Assembly (NCBI GenBank): GCA_951406725.2
Contig: OX597828.1
Location: 54,994,001 to 55,058,000, forward strand
Length of the DNA stretch: 64,000 bases
Reading direction: 5' to 3'
DNA from: Octopus vulgaris
Lineage: Eukaryota
The notes under the pieces are model-generated. The model saw only the letters and a list, made by a program, of their open reading frames with translations, made no database searches and was not told where the DNA came from. How positions within the stretch are numbered: position 1 is the first letter of the stretch; every line of letters begins with the position of its first letter. Below are positions 13,750 to 26,577 of this stretch, piece after piece. The position numbers and the translations under genes were made by a program.

Positions 13750-14322
13750 GAAGGCGCATGGCTTAGTGGTAAGTGTATTCGACTCACAATCGTGAGTTCG
13801 ATACCTAGAGTTCGATACCTAGATACACTTTATTTCACATTGCTCCAGTCCTCTCAGCAGGCAAAAATGAGTAGTACCTGTATTTCAAAGGGCCAGCTTT
13901 GTCACATTCGGTGTCACGCTGAATCTTCCTGAGAACTGGTAAACGGACAATTCATCGACAGACAGCTGGCCGACAAACAACTTATAGACAGGACAATTGA
14001 CCGATTGGACAATTTGCCGAAAGGACAATATGTCCACATTTAAAAAAAAACAAGCAAAGTTAATGATCGATACTTCCGCATGTCGACTTATTGTCCAATC
14101 AGCCAATTGTCCAATCGGTGAATTGTTTGTCGGCCAACTGTCTGTCGACGAATTGTCCATCGGCGAATTGTCTGTCGACGAATTGTCTTCACACGCTGAG
14201 AACTACGTTAAGGATATGCGTGTCTGTGGAGTGCTCAGCCACTTGCACGTTAATTTCGCAAGCAGGCTGTTCCATTGATTGGATCAACTGGAACCATCGC
14301 CGTCGTAACTGACAGAGTGCCA
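13750..14322 (+). mobile_element. tRNA/CORE-like SINE family F, interrupted by a foldback element
   Basis: Matches 58577-58897 once 13938-14195 and one TSD copy are removed. Confidence 0.85.
13938..14195. mobile_element. Foldback-type non-autonomous DNA transposon (probably Mutator/MULE) with 15-bp subterminal repeats
   Basis: 9-bp TSD CTGAGAACT (13929-37 / 14196-204); gacaatt.. arrays on the left, inverted aattgtc arrays on the right. Confidence 0.85.
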
Positions 14323-14876
14323 GTTGTTATATAATTCCAGGTCAATTTCGATCCAGCAGATTTAAGATGAAAGGTGCTCCAACTGTGATCATACTGTCTT
14401 TATTCTGACAAAGTCTTTTTTTCGACTGCTATTTCTAACAGATCATGTGATCCTGCTGAGCGTCTTTCATTAACTCTAGTGAAACGGATTATAGTTCCCT
14501 AGTTCAATACTTTAATTCAATTCAATGACCAAGGAGAGATGGACCGTAAAACAGACCTCGGTTCTATTTGAACTCACAAAAAAATAAAAAGGTAATAAAT
14601 ATTTTTTAGATATTTTTATTTAACTTTTGACCTTTCTATTCATTCATTGCCTTTTGCTATATACCAGCTTGATCATACTTTTTTAGTGTAAAATTGTGAC
14701 TTGCTTGCAATTTGATGATATATTTTGAATTTTAAAAGGATTTAGACATTCTAAGAGTCATGCAAAGTCTGCGATACCCATTTTGGATTTAATATGAGCA
14801 AAGTCTGCACCGATCACTTTAAGTCGACAAGAAACTGGTCCGGACTTATTTCTCTTTCTCCTTCTATCTGTCACTT

Positions 14877-14913
<37 letters not shown>

Positions 14914-16388
14914 ACCCACTCACTCACTCACTCACTCACTCACTCACTCACTCACTCACTCACTCACTCACTCTCTTTCTCACTCTCTCTAAGAAACATT
15001 ATAATCAACAATAGGTCAAGCGATTATATAGAAGTTACCTTGTTGAATATGGAGACCAGACGACAATCATTGATATCATACGTTAGCTCAAGCATGGACT
15101 CACTAGAGAACTTCTATTGGATCGCTCTACCGTCTAGAAGCAGCAGCCAAATCTCCCTCAAATCACATACCCCTGTTTTTGGTAAGTACGCATTGGATAA
15201 TATATTTTCGGGTTCCCTGTACGTAGGAAAAAGACGGGATGACAATGGCTTTAATTATGTACCTACTCGGTCAAAGCTGACCTTGGACAACGACTAACAT
15301 TACATTAGATCCTCTGGTTCACATAAATCAATCAAAAATGCACATCTCTTCTATTTCTAGCGTCCTCATTGTGTCTTATCGCCCCAGAACTCGCAACAAA
15401 TACTTTTCCTTTTCCAATCCTTCAATAACAGAGGCTGCACCCTCTGAAAATGCCCGATCGCCCACATTTCTCTTGCAGACATTAAGCCGTCGATCTACTC
15501 ATGTTGTAACTGCACATCAATGGTATCAGCTTCACTTTAGTCTGCCAGGAGAGACTAGCTACAAAGGTCACCGACATTGCCCTTCCTCCTACTCACCCTC
15601 ACCCTCACCCTCATCATCTCCATCCTCTCGTTTCTTCCCCTCATTTTCACTCAGCAGTAGTCTCTATTACCAACCACGTGAATCAATTCATTTAAGACAA
15701 TTGCCATGTAACCCAGTACAAGTGAAAGACTGGTGACAAGCCCTGCCAAAAGGGTGGGGCGTCTATGTATACTGATATCGCAGACAATGGGGCGGTGGGA
15801 CTTCAGTACCATAATTATTTCAGCATATTATATGAATGGCTGGAAAAAGAAAAAAAATCCAAAAAACCCGAGACGCCTGCTGCATAAAAATAGAAAAACA
15901 GTTAGTAAAGTATGCACTAGTACACATAGTAAACGAAGGCAGTTTATTTAAATTATAATTACATCGTTAGTTATCAGAATAAAAGTCGCGAATTAGATAG
16001 CTAATTCTAGTAAATAAATGCAAGGGAGATAGCTCCAATTTTAATTATTTCAAATTTATTAAGCATTGGTAGGGAGTGCAATCTTTAGCGGAGGGGTGAT
16101 AACTTTGGGCATGTTCCGTTCTTATTAGAGCTTATCAGCAAAGTATGGCTTAAAACGACTGACGAGATGCATGATGTGCGTTAATAAACACCGAGTGACG
16201 TGTTGACTTTAAAAAAATAAGCGAGAAAATATGTGATGCCATCTATGTGAAAGTGATTTCTATGCGTATGTTTGTATGTGAATATATATATATATATATA
16301 AATGCTAAATGCTTAATACTACATGCATTGTGCAGTACTAATAGTTTTACATATATAAGTACGTTGATCAGGTGCTAATTGAACTATG

Positions 16389-16453
<65 letters not shown>

Positions 16454-16591
16454 CCATGCAAAATGAAAACGACTGCCAATATTTCCATGTAGCAATCATA
16501 AAACCATTGGTAGCCTTGTTAACCCATAAATGAAGTGTAAACATATATACATACTTACATACATACAATCATACATACATACATACATACA

Positions 16592-16627
<36 letters not shown>

Positions 16628-16687
16628 TATACATATACACGCACACACACACACACATATATATAATATAAATAATATATGAATATA

Positions 16688-16791
<104 letters not shown>

Positions 16792-16949
16792 GTTCAGCAA
16801 AAATTTAGATTCAAATGAATATGGTACTTAATTTAGATGCACTAGAATTCTGTATGGTGTTATCCATAAAAATCCGTGGTGTGATTATAACCAAAATAAG
16901 CAACAAGAATGACTCCGGTAATTTGGTACGATCGTTTCGAAAGCCTCTA

Positions 16950-17042
16950 TAATTGGCTGATGAGTGCTCAGCATTTTAAAACTGTTGTAATACTTACAAC
17001 ATTTAATAAAATGATGTAGTACGAAACGATCGTACCAAATTA
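16950..17042 (+). ncRNA. Type I hammerhead ribozyme motif, intact core
   Basis: TAATTGG-CTGATGA-GTGCT..AGTAC-GAAAC-GATC-GTA^CCAAATTA; helix III is the palindrome ACGATCGT. Confidence 0.8.
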
Positions 17043-17595
17043 CCGGAGTCATTCTTGTTGCTTATTTTGAGTATATATATATATATGCATAGATATATGT
17101 GTGTATATATATATATGTGCGTATGTATGTATGTCACTGTCTCTCTTCTTTGTCTCTTATTCTCTATTGTGTCCTGAGCTTTCGTTAATAGATTCGGGTA
17201 TTATTTTCTAAGATATTTTCTTCTGAAAGAACATTATATAATCGTGAATATATAATTCAGTTGTTAAGCAATATTTATATGAATTTTATATTTTGGATTG
17301 GTTTCTAAAACACATCTCTGTATTGCAGACATTTTGTTTCCACCAAACTGTCACGCGCCTCTAGTCATCAATTCATCTAACGCCTCAACGATATGAAGCC
17401 ATTGTCTTTGTTGTTTATTCATGGAGTCTTTCCCGAAATCATTAATAGAGAGGACCACCAGAATAGATGCTCAACTATATCTAGTTCAAGGTTTTAATTT
17501 CAAACTTCGTTAATATAGGAGAGTTAAGAAAAACTCTACCATTATTATATGAAACTTGATTAAATCGATCGTTGTATTTTCACAAACAATATATA

Positions 17596-18119
17596 CCGTA
17601 AATCCTCGAGTATAACCCGCATTTCCCCCCCCCCCAAATTTAATGGTCAAAATCCCTAGTGCGTACTATATACGAGGTTAAAAATGAAAAATATTTTCTA
17701 AGCAATGTCCGAGTCTCTATTTGCTGTCCGGCAATGTTTATTCAGACGCATTTTGTGATGTCGAGCGCGAAAATACCTTAAGCTAAGCCTGAAAGCAAAT
17801 AAGTAATAAAAGAATCATCCATAACTTGCAGTAAGCAACATTTATTAAAATAAAAGTATTCAGAACACAGAATAATATATAACAAAAACAATTTGCAAAC
17901 ATATTTACATTCCCATATAACAGTTAAGAACATCACCATTATTGTATTACGCATGTGCGGAAGTGTTTTCCGACTAGGTGCTGCTGGCTTAATTACGCAC
18001 GACTAAAGTTAGAGAAGGGGTGCGTATTATACACAAGGTTTAGGTTTTTCAGAATTACAGCCCCTTAAAAATCCCCTGTGCATTATACTCAAGGTGGGAC
18101 TATACTTGAGGATTTACGG
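17596..18119. mobile_element. pogo/Tc2-type MITE, full length
   Basis: TIRs CCGTAAATCCTCGAGTATA / TATACTTGAGGATTTACGG, TA on both flanks. Confidence 0.9.
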
Positions 18120-18186
18120 TATAGAATTCAATAAAACAAATGATGATGATATCTTCTGTCATATATATGTATGTATGCGCATACAT

Positions 18187-18468
18187 GTGGAGGTACATGG
18201 CCTAGTGGTTAGGGAAGTGGACTCGCAGTAGAGGGATCGCGGGTTCGAATCTCAGACCGGGCGATGTGTGTGTTTATGAGCGAAACACCTAAGCTCCATG
18301 CGGCTCCGGCTGAAGGTAATGGTGAACTTCTGCTGACTCCTTCGCCACAACTTTCTCTCACTCTTTCCTCCTGCATCTTGCAGCTCACCTGCGACGGACT
18401 GGTGACCCGTCCAGGTGGGAAACCTATACGCCAAGGAAACCAGGCGTGGCTCGAGAAAGAACTAACAT
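18187..18468 (+). mobile_element. tRNA-derived SINE family E
   Basis: A box tggcctagtggtt, B box ggttcgaatc; copies at 28081, 45560, 50420(-), 62255. Confidence 0.9.
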
Positions 18469-18591
18469 GCGAATGCATAAATGCATTAGTAAATATAATT
18501 AGTAACGATTATTACATTAGGAGTGTATAAAATATAATGAAAGAGACGTGTAAGATGATCACCTTATACCTCCTCTCCTTCTTTATAGTTT

Positions 18592-18641
<50 letters not shown>

Positions 18642-20449
18642 ATATGTATATAAAATAACATATTATGTTACATAATAATCAAAATTATGATGAAAACAAA
18701 ATTGTGCAATAGAAGTCAGAAAAAAGTAGTCACATATGGCATGGTCTCCATTACTGTAGTAAAAACAATACTGTACCAAAGAATTTTTAAGAATCATGGT
18801 TTAAAAAAATAGAAATAAAGATTTTATTAAAATTACACTCACACACACACACACGCACATTGGTAGGGTATTGATAATTATTTAAAACACACAAATTCCC
18901 TGAATTTTACTTTTGTTTCTCTAAAATATAAAATATATATATTTTAAGACATATTTTGAAGTATATTATTATCATCTGTTTTTGTGTCTATCTACATCTT
19001 GCAGACGTTGATACCATTATTACAATTCTGGAGGTTTTATAATTAATCTTCGATTAACAGCTTATCTTAATTCGTGTTTGTTGCACTCTTTCAAAACCAG
19101 ATCGATATTCACTAAACATATTTTTATCGAATTTTTAAATCTTAATATCGGCTTGATAAAGCAAAACTTTGGTTTAAGTGTACCGGACCATTTACACTGA
19201 AATGTTTACAAATGGAAAGTAGTGTGTTCCAGGTTCGATTCTATTACGTGTCACCTTTGTTTTGATGTCACTGAAAAAAAAAATGTAACAGTATAATTTA
19301 GAAGAAGAAATACAGCTAAAGATGTAAGGGAAAATAGCAAGAAATAAAATTCCTCCATGCTTTGTGAAATTGAAAAATTGGTACATTAATATTTAGCGGT
19401 CGCAAAACACTTAGAAATGAAGGCCAGATTCCTATCTTATGCGAATAAACAACATGAGGGCGATTCGTTCAAATATTGCAGACGTCATCAAAACATTACT
19501 CATTCAAAACTTCTGGTGGAACAGAATTAAATTTTTGGTGCACTTATTCAGAGCATCGGTTAAATATTTCGTGCGTTTTAACCAGTAGCCAATTGAAGCT
19601 AAAGCAAACAACAGATAACAGCAGAGAACTGGAAGGCAAACTAAAGCCGTGTCCGCAGCACTAATAAAATGGTCGACGAAGACGATGGCACTGATTGCAG
19701 CAACACAGCCTAAACAGCTAATCTCAAGAAACACACGACAGGGGCTTCTGTTATACCCGATCCAACAACATCCCATATAAACTTGAACCCTTTGTCGCCC
19801 GTAGAGACGACAGTATTTGTTAATGATAAGACTAAATATTTTTTACATTTTAAATCCTCACCAGAATCTGTGTTCTTTCGATCTGCATCAAGTCAATACC
19901 AAAATCGCAGCATCATTCATGCACACACAGAAACATCATAACGCTACAGATGCATTATAACCCTTATCATTAAAGAAAGGCACTACGAAAATCAGCTGGG
20001 ATCTGAAGACAACATCAAATTTTTTGTCTTGATGTGAATTATTATATAAAAAATGAAAGAGCATTCTTTTTCAGAAACCTGAAGTAACGATGTTTTGAAC
20101 GAAATTTGTCAGTTCCGCAGTGTTCTTTAGGTGCTGTTCTTATATCATTTCGTTTCGCAAACAGGTCCAACAAATATTTAAAGAATAAATTTATGTGCAT
20201 CACATAAAACAATTAGTTTTTAGCGACAAAAGAAGCTTTTGTAACGAATATTATTTAGGGCTTTCAACTTGGATATATTATTTATAACATCTTAGATTGC
20301 TGTATCGGAGATCACCAGCGGCAGTTTTTCCTATAACTAATTTATACAGAGCTCGCTAGCTTCCTGCGACACCTCTGGCTTTCCGGCCTGTATTATTCTA
20401 TAAGAGTTTGACTGATTTTATTTGTCGGACATTCGGATTGACTAATACC

Positions 20450-20680
20450 TATTTCTTTACTAGCCACAAGGGGCTAAACACAGAGAGGAAAAACAAGGAC
20501 AGACGAACGGATTAAGTCGATTATATCGACCCCAGTGTGTAACTGGTACTTATTTAATCGACCCCGAAAGGATGAAAGGCAAAGTCGACCTCGGCGGAAT
20601 TTGAACTCAGAACGTAACGGCAGACGAAATACCGCTAAGCATTTCGCCCGGCGTGCTAACGAGTCTGCCAGCTCGCCGCC
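20450..20680 (-). mobile_element. SINE family B, full length
   Basis: About 14-bp TSD gattga(c/t)taatacc (20436-49 / 20681-94); many copies in the window. Confidence 0.9.
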
Positions 20681-20804
20681 GATTGATTAATACCGCTGAT
20701 GATCCGCGATACCATGTAATCAAGTGAAACAGTAGAGTCATCTCCCCGTGTACAGACGGAATTTTGTCTACCAATAATAGAATCTCGTAGCTTTTTAGCA
20801 TTTA

Positions 20805-21670
20805 TTGTCAACGTTTAACCATTTCAGGTACTTGGAACTCAGCATTGGACGTTTCAAATGCATTTGGATGCCTCACTGCAATGGATCAAGTGAACACTTT
20901 ATTACGTTCTGTTACAGGGATCTCATATCTGAAGTCAGACACGTAGCTAGGGAATTTGAAAGATCCAGGTGCAGCTGTTTACGAGGAGTGAGTATATTTT
21001 CCATTAATGTTCCATGGTATTATTCAACCGTGTTTCAGTGTTGGGTCACAGTTCTACTGTTAGGGAGAAAGGTATATCTTTTGTATACAGTTAGATTTAC
21101 GACCACAACTGTATGGGTTAGAGCTCCACGTAGACTATCATTATCCAGTCAGCTCTCAGTATAATGGTTAGTCTGCCACTGTACTTAGTAGTATTACCAG
21201 TTGTGACATAACAGAACATTTTGGGGGAAAATTAAGATAAGCACAACTATAAATTGATAATTATTTCTTACGTACGTTTCATCCTTGACGATGCCTGAAG
21301 TTTCTAAATTACCTCGCTATGTGTCTGACTTCAGATATTAGATCTCTGTAAAAGAATGCAATAAAATGATCCCCTGATGATCCATTGCGAATAGATCAAT
21401 GCACTTGGCATCCAAAGGCACTTGGGACATTTAATGCCGAGTTCCAAATAGCTGCAATGGTGAAACATACGCAGGAACTAATAATAATATACACTTGTGT
21501 TTATATTAATTTTTCTCAACATGCACTTTGTATATCATAACTAGTAACTCTGATAAGTACAGTGGTTGACTAACCACTATACTGGAAGCTGACTGGATGA
21601 TGATAATCTACATCAAGCTCTAACTCAAACAGTAGTAGTCATACATCTAATTGTACATACAAGATATACA
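20805..21670. mobile_element. Two head-to-head, circularly permuted copies of a about 470-nt hammerhead-bearing unit
   Basis: 20815-20970 and 21070-21280 match the reverse complements of 21290-21465 and 21465-21670; degenerate hammerhead at 21282-21476. Confidence 0.6.
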
Positions 21671-21778
21671 TACATATATACACGCATACATGCATACCTA
21701 CATACATACATATACACATGCATACATAAATTATATTATACTATGTGTGTGTGCGTGCGCGTCTGTCTGAGTGTGTCT

Positions 21779-21811
<33 letters not shown>

Positions 21812-22066
21812 TGCATGTATACACATCTCTCTATCTTGTTCTCTCTGTCTGCTGTCTGTCTGTCAGTCTGTCTGTCAGTCTCTCTTTCCCTCTCTCTCTA
21901 TATAAATATATGTATGTATATACACATATATACACATGTATGTATGTATGTATGTATGTATGTATGTATGTATGTACGTATGTATATATACGTATATATA
22001 CACACACATACGTAAATACATACGTGCATACATACAAATATATGTGTGTATGTGTGTGTGCGTGCT

Positions 22067-22097
<31 letters not shown>

Positions 22098-22311
22098 GTA
22101 CCTATATCAACCCATACATAAATTTGTTTGTGAGCGCGAGTGTATGAGTGGGCGCGCGCGTACATTCATCCGCCCACATATGATATATACGTGTGTGTAT
22201 ATAAATGTATACATACATACAATTAAGAAATTCAATTAAGATCACAAAGGACATTAAAAAACCCGCCGCTCACATTTTCGGAAAGATTTGATTTATTTCT
22301 TCTTCTCCTTG

Positions 22312-22387
<76 letters not shown>

Positions 22388-22424
22388 TCATTCTTTCTTC
22401 CTTTCTTTCTTTCTTTCTTCCTTC

Positions 22425-22459
<35 letters not shown>

Positions 22460-22689
22460 TTTTTTTTTTTTTTTTCTTTCTTTTTTTTCTTCTTTTTCTT
22501 TCTTTCTTTTTTTTCTTCTTTTTTTTTCACTATTTCCATTTCTTTTAAGCAGGAAAGAACCAACAACAACAACAACAACAACAACCTGAATACTAAGGGG
22601 AAAAGGTGTGTTTCTGGACAATGTAACGATTGAAGGAGAAAAAGGTTTTCTTGTCTGTCTGTCTGGCTGTTTGTCTCAACCCTGCTCTC

Positions 22690-22746
<57 letters not shown>

Positions 22747-23651
22747 ACTAATTCAATGATTTATAACTTAGACTCAAGGCCACGCTAACAACAACAATAA
22801 AATCAGTCTCGGTTTTTGAATGAACGCAAAGAAGAAACGAAATAGTAGAGAATAACAACAACAACAACGGCAGCAGCAATAGCACCTAAAAGTTGTATAC
22901 GAGATGAATAAAACGTTAGAAAAAAGGTGGTGAAGTGTATGTATGGTGGTGGTGGTGGTTGAGTGAGGGCAGAACAGTCCTGTTTTCTTTTTCACCTTTT
23001 TGTTTCTTTTTTTTTTCTTCTTCACCCAACCCCAAAGTCCGATCCCGCCAATCAGACGAAAATATTTTCTAAAAACTTTTCCATTTGTCATTTTAGATTG
23101 AATGAAATGAGTGTCCGGCAATCTCTCACTTTGTTTCTATCCGTTTTTTTTTTCTTTCTTCCTAACATCTCTCCCTCTCTATCTCTCTTTCTGTCCCCTA
23201 TGCTCTCTCTCTCTCTCCTCTTTTCTCTTAGTTTCTTTGTATCCTTCCTAATTCTTATTCTCTATCTGTTTCTCTTTATTACATACCCGCCTTCCACTCC
23301 CTCTACATCTAATAATCTTTCTTTACCTTTGTCTTTTTCTCTATACCTGTCTACCTGTCCGTCTGACTATCTGCCTATTTTCCCCTTACCTGTGTCTCTA
23401 TCTGTCTTCCCTCTTTTTGTACTTATCTATAAATCTGCATCACAATCTACATCCCCTACTCGTCGCCCTCCTTCTCTTTCTTCTTATCTGTCTGGCTCTA
23501 TCTTTATTATCCTTTGTCTCTCATCATATTTTCGATTCTGTCGGTCTATCCATTCATCCACCCGTCTCTTATCCGACCAACATGTGACCAATCTCAGTTA
23601 ATAAAAGCAACCTACCCACGCCTACTTTTGCATTACTTCCGCTACAACCCT

Positions 23652-23722
<71 letters not shown>

Positions 23723-23750
23723 ATAATATATATAATATATATAATATATA

Positions 23751-23801
<51 letters not shown>

Positions 23802-23803
<2 letters not shown>

Positions 23804-24011
23804 CCATGTTGAATCGCTAGCTTCTGCACGCATTTTTTTTCTCTCCTTGTTTCTCTCCGTGTTTTTTTTTCTGTGTATCTTTCTGTTGAAGAGCGTAGGC
23901 TCGAAACGTAAAAGACTTGTTTTATTTATATTCCTGAGCGCCATACTAATACAATTGTTTGTTTGTACTCCACCTGCCTTCGTCTTTTGTTTATTTTCAT
24001 AAAGCTTCCCG

Positions 24012-24013
<2 letters not shown>
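23802..24013 (+). mobile_element. About 210-bp Penelope-pLTR-like unit in (TA)n with a minimal hammerhead (23878-23915)
   Basis: TCTTT-CTGTTGA-A-GAGC gtag GCTC-GAAAC-GTA^AAAGA; related units at 24515-24712 and 61410-61570(-). Confidence 0.7.
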
Positions 24014-24068
<55 letters not shown>

Positions 24069-24069
<1 letters not shown>

Positions 24070-24438
24070 TAGCAGTATCGCCCGGCATTGCTCGGGTGTG
24101 TAAGGGAAATAACTATAAAGCATTTTTAGAGAGTTATAGCCAAAAATTAGCAAAAAAATGGGAAAAAAAAATGATGGTAAATTTTTTTTTGATAGTTAAA
24201 AAGGTCGAGTTGCGTCCCCTAGACCATCTGTGGTTTGTGTTTCTGATTGTCGACCCCATGTCGAATTTATCGATCTTTTTCAGAACTGGGGGAACTTTTC
24301 AAAATTTTCGCTGCGTTAGTTTTGAATTATGACATTGGGCTATGTGTGTGTCAAGTTTCATCAGAATTGGTTGAAAGCCGTGGTCAGAGTGAGGGTACAA
24401 CCTAACAGACACACACACACACACACAGACAAACTGCC

Positions 24439-24450
<12 letters not shown>
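24069..24450 (-). mobile_element. Non-autonomous Helitron-type element
   Basis: Minus-strand 3' end has a cccgagcaatgccggg hairpin then CTAG|T; near-identical to 31695-32077. Confidence 0.85.
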
Positions 24451-24509
<59 letters not shown>

Positions 24510-24514
24510 TATTT

Positions 24515-24710
24515 TCAATCTGTGACCGCGTGTGTATCGTTGGCGATTTTTTCTCCGGCTTCCATTCTTTGGATTTTTTCTATATTTCTGATGAAGAGCT
24601 TCGCTCGGAACGTGAAATCCTCTTTCTTTTCTTTCCTCTCCTGAGCGTCCAGTAAAACAGTACTTACCACGTCTTCGCGTTGTTTTTTCTTGCTTGTTCT
24701 TTGTTTAGAT

Positions 24711-24712
<2 letters not shown>
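24515..24712 (+). mobile_element. Penelope-pLTR-like unit in (TA)n with a mutated hammerhead (24584-24618)
   Basis: ATTT-CTGATGA-A-GAGC ttc GCTC-GGAAC-GTG-AAAT. Confidence 0.65.
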
Positions 24713-24797
<85 letters not shown>

Positions 24798-24816
24798 GCT
24801 AAGATAAATATTTCAA

Positions 24817-24880
24817 TCACCTGAAGATTGACTGTAGCTCGAATTTGTACGAATTGGACAACCATGAAACGATCGTAGTG
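24817..24880 (+). ncRNA. Hammerhead ribozyme motif with a weak helix II
   Basis: CAC-CTGAAGA-TTG..CAT-GAAAC-GATC-GTA^GTG. Confidence 0.55.
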
Positions 24881-25859
24881 TTATACTCATTATCTTTTTT
24901 TAATAATTTTGATATATATTTAAAATAATATGAATTAATTAATCTTATGTATTGGCTTAAGTTTTTCATTGTATGATTTGCCTAATAGTGGTTTTATCTC
25001 TAATTTAATATATGTATATATATATATGGTATGTTATGTGAATTTAGGGAAAGGTATCCCATAAAACTCAACAAATTTGTTAAAAATGAAGAAGAGAAGA
25101 TGTTAAAATTTGAAAGAATTTTAATTCCTGCATATGACCGTTTCAAACAGCGATATTAAAATATGCAAATTCATGGTAGAATAATTTGAATTCATTTGGT
25201 TAAAGTAAATTAATTATATATCACTGTTCTCCTCAGTGTAAGAAGTATAAACAAAAAGTTATCATTACAGAGGACTTGATAAAGGAAATAGCAGAGAATA
25301 ATTTCGGATATACATATTTACCCTTATGAAAATTATTATTATGATGCTCGTATTTATCCTTATGAAAATTATTATCATGACTGATTCGACTGATTTTTTT
25401 CTGTGGCAAGTCAATTAGGGAACAACGTGAAAGACTACTGCTACAGTACATTGGTGCCTAGAAGAAAACAAAGCATATTTGTTTTACCTTCATGTTTTGA
25501 TAATGTTATTCTTAATATAATAAAGACTTTTGTACTGACGAAATGTGTTTGTTGTTGATTATAGTAAGATAAAATCATTATCAATAACAATACATCTCAT
25601 AGTTGTAAAATAAGGCATTTTGAAACTACATACATGTCAACAACAAAAAGGCTAGCTGCCGACTCGTAGCTCTATTGGTCTTTTAAACACCGGTGCGCTT
25701 TTTATGTGTATAAACCAAACCCCCCCCCAAATTTGGCCCTGCGGCTAAAATATCGATGTCGGGCGAACGAATATGTAAATATTTCTTCCTTCTTGGTGTT
25801 GATTCTTCGATGTTGACTGGTTACTCCGACACGAGAACCAAAAAAACCAAAAACAAAAA

Positions 25860-26560
25860 AATCGTGTAATATGCAACATTACTCTAAATTTAGGGATAGT
25901 AATAAACGCAACAATACAGAGTTTAGTAAATTAATTTGCTATCTAAAAGACCATAATAAACAATTTAATTTAGATTGGTTGATTTTCTCCATTTCATTCC
26001 CATATGATAAAGGCAAAGAATTTTGCCAACTCTGTAATAGTGAATTATTTTCTATTCTATTTTATAAGAATCCCCTTGTAAACACGGTTCTAGAGCGTGC
26101 TTATCGATGTAATCATTGGCAGAAACATACCTTTAGTTCACATAAGTGATATCTACCATTATATATAATTTGAACATTCATTTCACTTCCACTAGATATA
26201 TCTTTTTCCAAGCCTTTAAGCTTTTATTTTAATTCGCATATCGCTCTATATTTCTCCTTTATTAGTTTTCTGCTTATTTCTTTACTTTACCCCACCTCTT
26301 TCCACAGGCTACTTTTGACGTTATATCTTCTAACAGTTTTTTTAAAAAACTTAATAGCGTTCCGTTTATCATTATACACATCCATCAGATTCTGTTAAAA
26401 TGTCTTATTGATGAGTTTGGTTTCTTTATTTATTTCCCTGATGAGAAGATTACATTGCTTTTCACCATTTTATTCCTTTGGAATAATACCAATTTTGTCT
26501 TCGAAACATATGTCGGAGGTAAAAGAACTTGAAGAACACCTGCGTTTAACTCCATTTATT
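25860..26560 (+). mobile_element. Penelope-like element 3' end: GIY-YIG C-terminus with CxxC..CxH (Naiad-like) plus pLTR
   Basis: H..KFRDSNKRNNTEFSKLICYLK..F.LDW.I..PY..CQLCNSE..LVN..CNH; hammerhead follows. Confidence 0.75.
26433..26519 (+). ncRNA. Type I hammerhead ribozyme motif, intact core
   Basis: TTTCC-CTGATGA-GAAGA..TCTTC-GAAAC-ATAT-GTC^GGAGG; helix III is the palindrome ACATATGT. Confidence 0.85.
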
Positions 26561-26577
26561 TAGAGCCAGTCACTAAA

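Noticed and set aside
19400-20400. Possible decayed MULE transposase
   Set aside because: Only faint motif echoes with many stops; needs a profile search.
22963-23601. 212-aa hydrophobic ORF
   Set aside because: Pyrimidine-rich low-complexity DNA that lacks stops for compositional reasons.
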